A stretch of 64,000 nucleotides of DNA from Lama glama (lineage: Eukaryota). Position numbers and translations under genes: made by a program. The stretch lies in the NCBI GenBank assembly GCA_028534125.1, contig CM052817.1:38380001-38444000 (forward strand), read 5' to 3'. Under the pieces are notes generated by a model. It saw only the letters and a list, made by a program, of their open reading frames with translations. It searched no databases and was not told the DNA's origin. Below, piece by piece: positions 1-11,686 of the stretch. Position 1 is the first letter of the stretch. Every line of letters begins with the position of its first letter.

Positions 1-252
1 GGGTAATCTTGCTACACAATGATAATCCAGTTGTAACAGTTCTGCAAATTCTTCAAAATAAGTGAGCAGAAGTCTAACTACATCCATCACTGGAAATTCC
101 AATGATTAGCATCTCCTTGTCTGCATCTTAAGGAATCAAGGATAAAGCTGCATGCCATGTGATCATTATTTGAAGTTGAAGTAAAATGCTTCAAAATAAA
201 TCTGATTTTATTTAAACAAAAAATAAAAACTATTTTTATTTGGAAAATGAGG

Positions 253-647
253 TGTATGGGCTGAACTGTGTCACCTCACAATTCGTATGTTGAAGCCCCT
301 CTGCCCCTGCCAACTTGATACCTCAGAATGTGACTGGTGACAGGACCTTTAAAGAGGCAGTTAAGTCAAAACAAAGTCATTGTGCTGGGCCCTAATCCAA
401 TATGCCTATAAGTGTCCTTATAAGAATGGGAAATTAGGACACAGACCACACAAAGGGACACATGTGTGAGGACACAGCCGGAAGACGGCCAGCTGCAAAC
501 CAAGGAGGGAGGCCTCAGAAGAGAACAACCCTGCCCACACCTTTGTCTTGAACTTCTAGCCTCCAAAACTGTGAGAAAATAAGTTTCTATCGTTTAAGTC
601 ACTTTCTTTGTGTCCTTCCATTATGGTAGCCCTAGCGACGTCATACA
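253..647 (+). mobile_element. MaLR solo LTR, MLT1A/MLT1B type
   Basis: TG...CA termini; typical motifs 'gggctgaactgtgtc', 'gggccctaatccaat', 'ttctagcctccaaaactgtgagaaaataa'; 5-bp TSD tgagg (248-252) / tgaag (648-652). Confidence 0.9.
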
Positions 648-1851
648 TGAAGGGATATTTTATTAAAAGTAGACCAAGGAAACAAAAGTCCTATTTTAGA
701 AACATGCATCAAGGAGAATGTCAGCAATGCAGACGGTGAGAGAGAGAATGGAGCTGTAGCCTGAAGGAGACAGACCCGGGCTGGTACTAGTGATAACCAA
801 GCTGGGTGAAGGACTCACATCCAACTGCAGCAGTCAGTAACCCAGCACAGGAGATCTCATTTGTGACCAAAAGACTCACCTCAAGCGTGAAGAGATCCAG
901 TTTAAAATGCAGGGAACCTCAGTGTAGGCACAGGCACAATCATGGGACGATGGGAAGAGTCAGGTGGGTGGAATCCTACTTATGACCTAGATGTACAGAG
1001 TGGTCTATATCTATCTGTAGGTATGGAGAAGGGTCCAGATCCCTGACAGACAAGAATTTGACAAGTTAGGGAGGATAACAGAGTTCCAATCAAGCTGACC
1101 AGTGTTACAGGAGGTAGTCAAACTCCATACGAAAACCAGAAGGCTCATCTACACAAATAGCTTGATCACTGGGCCAAAAGAGGTAAGCCAGCTGAACAGT
1201 CATGGGAAGACAGTCATTTGGTAGCAAATGCGGGCTGATTGACCTTGCCGGGACATGACTAACTCTATAGCCCCACCTGCTGGTAGAAGCAGGATGGTGG
1301 TTAACGTACCACCTACGTTCGCCAGGGGCTGCATTAAGTCAAGCTGGCCAGTGGCAGGAAGTGTCAATGCCTTTGGCTAAACAGACTGTAACAATGTCTG
1401 CTGGAAGGATACAGACATGGCATACAAGCAGTAAGGTATTCTAAAATGAGAAATTGCATTAGACTGTTCAAATTGGCCTTTTTATACATCTTGAAAAGAA
1501 TTAAAAACGTTACTTCACATTTCTGCATTCTTGGTGCTCAGGTGTCTAAAGTAACAGAACATAGACTGTATTTTCAAATCAGTAGGCCAGGCACTACTTT
1601 CGGATGGAAAATACCACTAAAAAAAAAATGTTGTATGTGTGAGGACAAAGAATCACTCAAATAAGCTTTCTTGCTTTTTCTCTAAATCTCATGTCAATGT
1701 AGGGACACTTCCAAAAGAAACAAACTGTACCTCCAAAATCCTTTATTGAGATCTTGCAGAGGTTACCTTACCACATCTCTTTAGATGTGTCCATTATTAT
1801 TTATAAACCTCATAGAAAAAATGAGTTCAAATAGCAAAATAAAATTCTAGA

Positions 1852-2236
1852 TATATTAGCCAGAGTTCTGCTATGAAAATGCTATCTAATACACAACCCC
1901 CCAAAATCTCACTGAATAACAAGCTTCAAGCTGCAGGGCAAGTTCAGTTTTAGGTCTGCTCCACATGCTTCTCTTCCTGGGACCAGTGGCTTCCCAGAGC
2001 ATTTAGATGGCAGAAGGACAAGAAACCACACCTAACCATGCACACACATTTGGAATCTCAGTTCATGTAACATCTGCTAACATTTCAACAGCCAAAAAGT
2101 CACATTACCAAGCCCGAAGTCAATGGGGTGGGGATGTACACCCCGCCTGCTCTATGGGGAGGTACTGCAAAGGCTGTAAATGTGTTCTCCTAATACAGGA
2201 TGAGAGTGAAGGTGGGGAACAATAATCCAATCCCTC
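1852..2236 (-). mobile_element. Old MaLR solo LTR, MLT1J-like
   Basis: 'ggtctgctccacatg', 'catctgctaacatttcaacagccaaaaagtcacat', 'aagtcaatggggtggggatgtacac' resemble the reverse strand of MLT1J/I. Confidence 0.7.
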
Positions 2237-2250
2237 GGAACAGTTTGTCA

Positions 2251-3034
2251 ACAATAAATGTGGGAGAAACTGTGGAGAAAAGGGAACACTCCTACACTGC
2301 TGGTGGGAATGCAGTTTGGTGCAGCTGTTATGGAAAACAGTATGGAAGGTCCTCAAAAGACTAAAAATAGACTTACCATATGGTCCAGCAATCCCACTCC
2401 TGGGCATATATCCAGAGGGAATCTTAATTCAAAAACATACATGCACCTCAATGTTCCTAACAGCACTCTTTACAATAGCCAAGACACGGAAACAACCTAA
2501 ATGTCCATTGACAGATGACTAGATAAAGAAGCTGTGGTATACTTCTACAAGGGAATACTACTCGGCCACGAACAAAATAATGCCATTCACAGCAACATGG
2601 ATGGGCTTGGAGATCATCATTCTAAGTGAAGTAAGCCAGAAAGAGAAAGAAAAATACCATATGATATCATTTATATGTGTAATCTAAAAAAAAAAAGACA
2701 AATGAACATATTTACAAAACAGAAACAGACTCATAGACATAGAAAACAAACTTATGGTTACCTGGGAGGGAAGTGGGCAGGAAAGGATAAACTGGGAGTT
2801 TGAGATTTGCAGGAGATTTGCAGGTACTAACTAATATATATAAAATAGATAAACAAGTTTATATTGTATAGCACAGGGAACTTTATTCAGTATTTTGTAG
2901 TAACTTATGATGAAAATGAATATATGTATGTTCATGTATGACTGAAGCATTATGCTGTACACCAGAGATTGACACAACATTGTAAACTGACTACACTTCA
3001 ATAAATATATATATACACATATATTTTAAAAAAA
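2251..3034 (+). mobile_element. 5'-truncated LINE-1 (ORF2 C-terminus + 3' UTR), camelid-type
   Basis: Translation '[19 protein letters not shown]...FTIAKTRKQPKCP' matches the ORF2 C-terminus; 3' UTR ends 'acttcaataaa' plus an A-rich tail; about 13-bp TSD gaacagtttgtca (2238-2250) / gaaaagtttgcca (3035-3047). Confidence 0.95.
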
Positions 3035-5034
3035 GAAAAGTTTGCCAGTAGTCGTAGCTGTAGAATCTTCAAGAGTACTGGAGATTAGTGGTGAGGTTCC
3101 TGCCATGTTGCACCAGTTTCTAGGAATGTTGGCAACACATGACTTCTACAAACATGGATTTGTATCTGCTGGACAATTTTGTCTTCATAACAAGGCATAT
3201 GATTCACCAAAGGCAACATGTCTAAATTCTTTGCCTTTTAGGTGTTTGAACAAAAATATAAAATGATTTGACCTTTATTGAGTCTTTACTGAGTTAGTAA
3301 AAGTAATCATATATGTCAGCAGGGCAGCTAAAATATCACCAGCTAGCCAATGTATCATAACAGAAATTCACAAAACTATCTTTAAGGGCCATAACCATAT
3401 GTTAGCTCACAGTTAAATCTGCTTTGACCAGTGATCAGTAAGAAAGAGATCTTGGATATAGAAGTAATGACACAGCAAAGAACCTAAGGCTTGGACAGGA
3501 AAAAGCAGCTTTCAAGTACTGATACAGTGCTATACCCTGTCTATTTTTTAAACCAGTCTCTGAGCTCCTTCAAAATAAGCATCTCCCACTACCACAAGCA
3601 GAAGTGGCCACTGAAATGTGCACACCCTTCTGTGAAGAAGTAGAAGACATTAGAACACTGTGTCCACTCACTTGTGATCGTCTCTGGTAGATAGTCTTTG
3701 CTTACCTAGTTGCCTAGTAAATTAGTAAATTAGCGATTTACTAATGTGAAAGCAACTTTGACCCATGTCTGGACTGAATAGTCATTTTCACTGTAAGTCT
3801 TCACACCTGAACCAATTCCCTAACCCATGTCATTTGAAAGAAGAAGACATTTCATTGAAAGATTAATGAAAATTAATGTATCAGAATATATTAGAAAAAA
3901 TAAGGACAATAAAAACTAAAAAATACTAGAAGCTACTTAAGATTCTAGAAGTTAAGGAGTTTGCAATTTGTACACTTGGATTCTGAGCATCAGTATCATT
4001 AACGTGGCAGAATAGACACCTCCACTTCACCGCAAGCTGGGTTTTTCAGTAGCCCACTTTCCGACATTGTATAAATGTCAGCTCAATACTACTGTTCTTA
4101 TTCCTTCTGAGAACCTGTTACCACTTTTATTTCTTTGTAGTTCTTACAGTTGTATAATGTACAGACTTTGATTGGGCTATTCCATAGAGTTTGGGAACAA
4201 TAAAAGTCCTGCCTCATTGAAGACCCCTTAATTAACAGATTTATCCATCCAGATGCACATTCAGACAAAAATAAGGAATTCAATTTACTTATCTTTCCTC
4301 TTCTCCCTGAGAGTGTGGAGTTAACAACAGTCTAGGTAAATGGGAGTTGAAATTGTTAGGATGCCTGGAGTGTGACTTCTGGGAACACCAGACTCTACCG
4401 TGATGGATACATTCTGTAGACTCACTACATTAGCAGAGTCAGAGCTACCAGAGAAAAGAACCCCTATTTTTCCGCCCTGTATAAATACAGTAGGAACCGC
4501 CCAGAAGAGGGAGGGAACTCTTGGCACAGAGGGACCCCGAGTGCAGAGCCCAGGGGAGCAGATAGTGCGGGAGATGGGAAAGCCTCATTCTCCCTTCTGA
4601 TTGCTTTTCCCCGGTCCCTTGGCATCACTCCCCTCACCCGCAACCTCCCTCTGTCCTCCCTCAAGCAATCTCCGATTATCTACCCAAAGGTTTCGTTTCT
4701 TCCACTTCTCTAACAGCAAATGTCAGACTTGCTAAGTGAGTGAGACGGTGCAGCACAAAGGACAGTAATCACCACAGAGTCTCTTCTCCTCAGATCAGCT
4801 CCTCCACTGACCAACGCAAGAGCTACAGCGCTTGTTCACCACACCTCTTCCCACGGTCGACTTGGTTTGTCTTCTGTTTTCTCTCCTCTCGCTGATCTGC
4901 CCTTGCCTTTGCTTTCCTTCTTCTCTCTCTCTCTGCTCTCCACACTTTCCTAGCTTTTAGATTCTCTCATTCTCTTTCTTTTCCTTATTTCCACTCTGCT
5001 TTCCCGTGTGCTTGGATACGATTACTTCTATGCA

Positions 5035-5210
5035 AATCATCAAATTATGGCCGTGAAGGAATCTTAGAGACCCCCCAGTCAGAATCTCTCATTTTACACA
5101 GGAGGAAGCCGAGGTCCACAAAGACCGTGACTCTCTCAGCAGCACCCTACTGGCATCTGAACTCAGGATAGGAAGGCAGCACCGCTGACACCAGCTCATG
5201 TTCTGGTCTC
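5035..5210 (-). mobile_element. MIR-family SINE relic
   Basis: Core-like 'ctctcattttacacaggaggaagccgaggtcc'. Confidence 0.65.
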
Positions 5211-5674
5211 ACATTGGCTAGCAGGATTGTCAGCCCCTGAGTGACAGCTCTCTTCCATTACTCTCATGACAGCACCTATTCCTGACAGCCCACAATGTGA
5301 TATTGTGCATCTTTGAACACGATGCAAGTCCGGATTTCTGCCAGGTCCAAATCAGAATCAAACAATATCTTAATTCATCAAAAATTCATCCCACCAGTGC
5401 CCTTCTCCAGCCAGTCCCTTACGTTGCAGTGTCTAATCTCAGAGACGATGCTGTGCTCTTTTCCAGGTGCCAGGATCACCCCTTCCCACGGTGCTCTAAG
5501 TACAGGGAAGAGAATCACAGTGTGAAAACAGGCAAAGCAGACATAGTGACCAACCCCGAACCGTACGTTTCAGAAGCACAGAGTGTTCTGTGGTGGACAA
5601 AGCCTTCCACTATTAGAGATCCTAGCTCCCAGCCGGATGGCGTGGTCTGCCCAGCCTCGAAGCTTTTAAATCAC

Positions 5675-5704
5675 TGGTGGTGGTGGTGGTGCTGCTGCTG
5701 CTGC
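5675..5704. repeat. Compound microsatellite (TGG)n(TGC)n
   Basis: Read directly. Confidence 0.85.
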
Positions 5705-5879
5705 TATTTGTTCTGCGTGCTTGCTTGGCTGCTTGCTTGGTTGTTTCTTAAATTTCAGGGATTGATCAAGGCAGGTTTTCTAAAATACAATTAGAGCTAA
5801 AAATATTCCAAGTTTCTTTCCATTGCATGGGTTGCACTTTTACATTTTCTATTCCAAATAATCAAAAGAAAGAAGAATG

Positions 5880-6005
5880 ATAGTACATTGACTGAGGGCT
5901 GATTCTGAGGCACTGTGCTTATTCTTTACATGGGCTACTTCATTCCATCCTCACAGAAGTTCTACAAATTAGGTGCCATTATCAGTCATGCATTGCAGAT
6001 CAAAC
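5880..6005 (-). mobile_element. MIR relic
   Basis: 'aggcactgtgcttattctttacatgg...catcctcacag...aggtgccattat'. Confidence 0.65.
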
Positions 6006-7264
6006 AGTCAGCAATTACACTGGAATCCAGGCAGGAGACTTGGTAGCTGGCACTCTTGAGGCACCTCCACAAGGAAGCAGACACAGACACTGCAGCCATT
6101 TCCAGTCCAGTGTGCCCTTTGCCACAAGGAGCTCATCTGTTGAAGCACTTGGAGTCTGAATCCTTGGGCTGCAGGGAAGATGTGGCTCTCTTTCTGACAT
6201 CAAGCACCCGCTACCCAGCTACACTTGAACCCTAGCAATGCATCATAAATTAAAATCAATGACAACAAAAAATCTTCTTTCTGCTGTGAGCATTATTGAT
6301 CTGATTCAGGATTGGCTCAGCAAGTGTGCTCAAAATCTGCTTCGCCATTTCTTCTGTTGGCAAAGGACAGAGGACTTACCCTGCACTCATCATCTCCTCA
6401 TTTGCATTTCATTTCACGCAGTTGATCTATTAAACAAGTCATTTGTAACTTATCCTTGTCAAACAGATTAAATGTAGCTGGTCTCACACAAATGCATAAA
6501 TTGCTTTCAAAATTTCCAAATTTCAACAACCAGCAAAGAGCTAATGTTTTGGCAATACAACATATCCTCATCTAATACAGAAACTGGGAGGCTTTTCCAT
6601 CGATGTTTTACGGTCATGCACAGAATTTAAAAACTAAAACATAAATTCACAAGCCAGCTTTTGTTTTTTAGATGGCACAGCATCACCTTTTGCAAATTAG
6701 GGCTGTGTCCTTTCTAAAACGAAATCTCTAATTTAGAAACAGAACCTTGGAAAATGGTGCCAACTAAAAACCTAAGACAAATAGCTGGTGATGATGCCTG
6801 ATGCCGAACAGTCCTTAACTGCAAGTGGTGTGAGCAGGAGAATAAATCAGTTTAACTCAAGCCATTCCAAGCTTAAAACACAGAAATAAAATGGGGGGGA
6901 TAGGCACCACATTTCTGCTAGAATTTTCATTTACTTTCAAAAGATTTTGCTTTCTCCCATTGATAATATTTATTCAGAAAAGGAAAGGAAACGTCACCTC
7001 AAAAATCCCTTTGCAAAGACAACTCTTCCATCTAGGAACTTTATCCCCTTTCTATCCATCTTCTCTGAGACCTGACTCCTTCAAGCACTTTAGTATCTTC
7101 TATAAGATCTCCATCTCTGCTAGTTCCCATTTTTTTCAACTAATTTGAACATATCCAGATTTCTTCTTTTGTTGAAAGAAATAAAATCACTTTTAACAAT
7201 GTTTTCTCTCATATTTATTAGAAAAACAATCTATTCTTAGGGCCTCCCTTCCCCTATTCCTTCT

Positions 7265-7365
7265 TTAATCTATTCATGCATTCATCCATCCATTCATCAA
7301 TTCAACAAATATTATTAAGCATCTGCTATACATAAGGCATTGCATTAAGTGCTGTTGGAAAAATA
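7265..7365 (-). mobile_element. L2 3' end
   Basis: (ATTC)n-like tail followed by 'caacaaatattattaagcatctgctata'. Confidence 0.7.
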
Positions 7366-7684
7366 CATAAATAATCATGTTCTGCGTCTATCCCATCATC
7401 TATTTGCCACAAAAGATATATACATTAAAACTAAATCATTAAAATTTTTAATAATAGACAGCATGAAATTTTTCCCCTGAGATCTGCATGTTTGAAGGCT
7501 GTGCAAAGCTATGATGGGATGGTGGAATTTTAGGCACAAAAAAGTATGTGCTTTGAAAGGGACCACTGCTTCTGTCTGTGTTGGGGGTTAAATGAGAAGC
7601 TAGCTGAGAGGATAAACAACAGAGAGGAAATTAGATGAAGGTGACTGAAAAGGGAGAGACAGAATGAGATACAACAAATTAAAG

Positions 7685-7902
7685 CAGAGTTTCAACCAGG
7701 GGTGATTTTGCTTCTCTGAAGCCATTTGGCAATGTCTAGGGACATTTTTGGTTGTCAAACAGGATGGCAACGAGTAGACAGACGGCATCTAGCAGGTAGA
7801 GGGCAAGGATACTGTTACACATTCTGCAGTGCCCAGGATGGTCCTCTTAACAAAGAATTATCCAGCCCCAAACGTCAACAGTGTCGAGATTGAGAAACCA
7901 GG
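7685..7902. mobile_element. MER20 (hAT-Charlie DNA transposon), near full length
   Basis: 'caaccaggggtgattttg...catttggcaatgtctagggacatttttggttgtca...ggcatctag...aaagaattatccagccccaaacgtcaacagtgtcgagattgagaaacc'; about 218 bp. Confidence 0.9.
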
Positions 7903-8102
7903 ATTGGAGGAACGAGTACAAATTGTTCTTTTTTTCCTTCCACACCAGGGCAGTGAGGACCAGATAGCACCTTGTAAATGAGGGGGGTGTGCCAGCTTGT
8001 GTGTATAAGAAGACAAGTCTTGAAGACATTCTGTTAATGTTCGGGAAACAGTGCAATTATTTCCATACAAAAGAGGTGTGAGAACTAGCAGGAAGGGGAG
8101 CA

Positions 8103-8292
8103 GGCAGCTGTGCTGTTGGGAGAGCGCTCTGGGCTGCTCCTTGGAATACCTGGGTTTGAATCCAGGCTCATATCTACAAGACCATGTGACTTGGCTAAGT
8201 CACTAAAACTTCACTAAGTTAGTTGCCTCATCTGTGAGGACCATCTGATAGGGTCAAGAATTGAACAGATAACGCTCAAGAATGTATCTAAC
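8103..8292 (+). mobile_element. MIR
   Basis: 'cctgggtttgaatccaggctc...tgtgacttggctaagtcact...cctcatctgt'. Confidence 0.75.
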
Positions 8293-8309
8293 ACATATGA
8301 ACAATCCCA

Positions 8310-8520
8310 TGGCTTACATCATCTGCCTGGTGTGCTAAGTACTTTGTATGTATTAACTCAGTTAATCCTTAAGCCAAATTCCAGGTAGGGAGCAGTGTCA
8401 TCTCTATTTTATCAGGTAAGGGTTTTAGGCTAGGAAATGTTGAGCAGCTTGCTCAAGGTTAACAGCTGCAAAGCGGTGGAAGCAGCCAGGCCCCAGAGCC
8501 ACCTACTGTCTCACTACGCT
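8310..8520 (-). mobile_element. MIR (inverted relative to the preceding copy)
   Basis: 'tgtgctaagtactttgtatgtattaactcagttaatcct...cttgctcaaggttaacagct'. Confidence 0.75.
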
Positions 8521-8714
8521 TTTCTGAGATGCTGGTGGATCAGCTGCCTCAGACATCAGAGATAGTGAAGTATGAGGTCAGCTATTCACTTAAGAAAGCA
8601 TTCTTAAGTGTCTCTGTGCCACTTACTAGAGATGGAGTATGAGCAAAACCGAAATCAGGCCTGCCAACATGGGCCTCACAACACCAGCCAGCGTCCACGG
8701 AAGAAAAGGTTGTC

Positions 8715-8850
8715 AAAGACATGGATTCCCAGGCTCACCCCGCGAGTCCGGCTGGGTTGATGTGAGGTAGGGTTCAGGATCCTACATTCCTAAAAGACAC
8801 ATCAAGTACCCGGTACCGATGACCTGATGACAGCCCTTTGCAGAATACTT
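8715..8850. mobile_element. MER5-like hAT-Charlie relic
   Basis: 'gattcccaggctcacccc...ctttgcagaatact' pattern. Confidence 0.5.
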
Positions 8851-9718
8851 CGTCAGCCATGTGTTTTGTACTGTGTGCCACAGGGCTGAAGCGGGAGCAT
8901 ATGAGTTCATTACAACTCAATACCACCTACTGGCAAAGCAATTTGAACTACACGACACATGCTAGATGCAAAGTCCACTCACTGAGGGCAGAAAGAGTGT
9001 CAGAGTGGCTCTTAAGGAAGAGGGGTTATCTGACCAGCACCAACTTCTAACAAAAGACCAGTTAGGAGTTAAGGCTGTTCAAAGCCCCTTTCCAGAGGAC
9101 AGGTCTTTTTCTTTTCACATAAAAGGTATCCTCTAGTTAATTCTTCTCTAGGCCATGCAGGGCAGTGACTCACCGTGGATTAGCCTGGGAGTCAAGGAAA
9201 TCTGACTACAGAGATGAATGAGGAAGCCAAAATCCTAGTTCTCAAGAGTAGCTCCCAGATTCATTCCTCTTGTTGAGCCTCTGCCTGTTCCTTCTTTGCA
9301 TGCATACTAGAAGTGAACGACAACCAAAGATTTTGTGTATATAATTATCTAAACAATATAATTTTAATATATAGTTACAATTATAATCCTTAAGCAGCCC
9401 AACATGTATGCTGTCCAACAGAAACTTTACAAATCAATGCCCTACACTACTAACTATATACCAGTATTGAGAATAAATCACGCCCAGAAGAATGGAAAGA
9501 CCTGGGTCCTAGGCCTACCTGGCCACAGAGACTGTGAAATTCACTTAATCACTAGGGCTATCAATTCTTCTACAAAATGAAAGGCTGGTCAAGGTGATCT
9601 GCATTAATGCTTTATGGTTTCTGTTCACAGCTACATATGGAATATCAAATTCATTTAGTGAGGCAAGAATAGAATAGAGAACAACGCTTCCCTATGGTAA
9701 ATGTAATTACTATTATTT

Positions 9719-9750
9719 GTGTGTGTATGTGTGTGTGTGTGTGTGTGTGT
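9719..9750. repeat. (TG)n microsatellite
   Basis: Read directly. Confidence 0.9.
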
Positions 9751-11091
9751 ACACGTGCATGAAACTTTTGTTTCAGACCTACCGATGTGGATACTGAGTC
9801 ATGATGTAAAATGTATGTCCTATTGCAGGTTTTAGTTAACACAGTCAGAAAGCCACTGATTTAGAAGTTCCCTTCTAGCTCCAAACTTCTCTAATTCTGT
9901 GATTTCACCGCACCTGTTACTGACCTGGCAAATCTCCACATGACGCTAAAGAATCCAAATTTGTTCCTGCTTTGCTGCAGCTTCAGGCACCAGATGTGTC
10001 CATCAGCTGCACATTCTGAAGAACATGTCTCCAGAAGGCCACTGCCCAGTCTCCTGTGGCCTCTTCTTCTCTTATGAGCTGATTCTGGTGTCTTCCACTG
10101 ACCAATATAGCTAGAGTAACACTGGACTACATATCTAGCTACAACTATATTCTCTAAAATACTGGAGAAAAAAATTTTTAAGAGGTAAAAAGTAAGTCAT
10201 CACACCAACCACGCCTATAGAGTAAGAAAAACATAAAAGCCCACCTGAGACACGATCTCAGAAAGCTGACGGGCGTATAACTAAACCACGGTGCCTGGAG
10301 GAGCCAGACTAGAGAGCACAATAAAACCAGGATAAACGAAAGCCCTGGAGAAACTGTAAACAGAGGTTTCCCAGGCTCTTGTTCCTCAAATCCCTTACAC
10401 CCATTCTGAGAATTCTGTTGCACTGACTTTAATCCCTGCCTAAGAGTAATTAAGCTGGGCACATTGCTCTAATACTTGAGATTTACAATATACCCTTTCA
10501 GTGATGGTGATTTTTCAGTATAGTATACGAGTGAGGTACCCTCCGACACCCACATATCCCCTTCCTTCCCACTCTGTCTTCACAGAAAAGTGCATCACAA
10601 TCACATGAGGAATCTTTTTAATTACAACTGTCCACCCACAGGTTCCAAGAATCACAGAGTACAGGGCTCACTTTTTCATACATAAAGATCATCCCAGCTG
10701 AGTTGTGCAACTGGGTTTTTGACTCATGCAACTCCTTTGCATTACACTCCTCCCTGAACCCAGACTGAGCTGTGCCAGCTGACTTACACAAATGCTGAGG
10801 AGCTCCCAAACTATGACTGCATATGAACATATCTAGAAAATTGAAGCGTAGGCAAACAGAAGTCAAATTTCAAGCAGGATCAGCAGGGGTTTGAGAGAGA
10901 ATTAATCTAAGGAAAAGATACAAAAAGGTTGAGGAGAATTTGCACAGAGTTTGAAGGTCAGAGAGGAGATGTGGTTCCAGATGCACATCTAAACAGGGAG
11001 CTTCTCCTCGCCTAGATTCTGGGTTAGTTTGTATCACCCTAAAGAGAAAAGGACCAATTTTGCTAACTAAAGGAAATATTTTACAAAACTC

Positions 11092-11686
11092 CAAGCAATT
11101 TCCAAGGAAGACATACAAATGATCAATAAACACATGAAAAAATGCTCAGTATCACTAATTATCAGAGAAATGCAAATCAAAACTACAATAAGGTATCACC
11201 TCACATCANNNNNNNNNNNNNNNNNNNNNNNNNNNNNNNNNNNNNNNNNNNNNNNNNNNNNNNNNNNNNNNNNNNNNNNNNNNNNNNNNNNNNNNNNNNN
11301 NNNNNNNNAAGAAAAATACCACATGAGATCGCTCATATGTGGAATATAAAAAACAAAAACAAACAAACAAAAAAACAAAGCATAAATACAAAACAGAAAT
11401 AGACTCATAGACACAGAACACAAACCTGTGGTTGCCAAGGGGGTGGAGGGTGGGAAGGGATAGACAGGATTTTAAAATTGTAGAATAGATAAACAAGATT
11501 ATACTCTACAGCACAGGGAAATATACACAAGATCTTATGGTAGCTCACAGAGAAAAAAATGTGACAATGAATATATATATGTTCATGTATAACTGAAAAA
11601 TTGTGCTCTACGCTGGAATTTGACACAACATTGTAAAATGATTATAAATCAATAAAAGATGTTAAACAAACAAACAAACAAAAAAC
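11092..11686 (+). mobile_element. Young 5'-truncated camelid-type LINE-1, interrupted by a 100-N gap
   Basis: '[29 protein letters not shown]' matches the ORF2 C-terminal region; 3' UTR 'ggtagctcacag...aaattgtgctctac...gacacaacattgtaaa...caataaaa' plus an (AAAC)n tail. Confidence 0.93.
11209..11308. other. Assembly gap, 100 N
   Basis: Run of exactly 100 N. Confidence 1.

Noticed and set aside
5297..5794. 165-aa ORF ending WWWWWCCCCC plus a hydrophobic tail
   Set aside because: Non-ATG start, no recognisable domain; the W/C runs come from a (TGG)n(TGC)n microsatellite.
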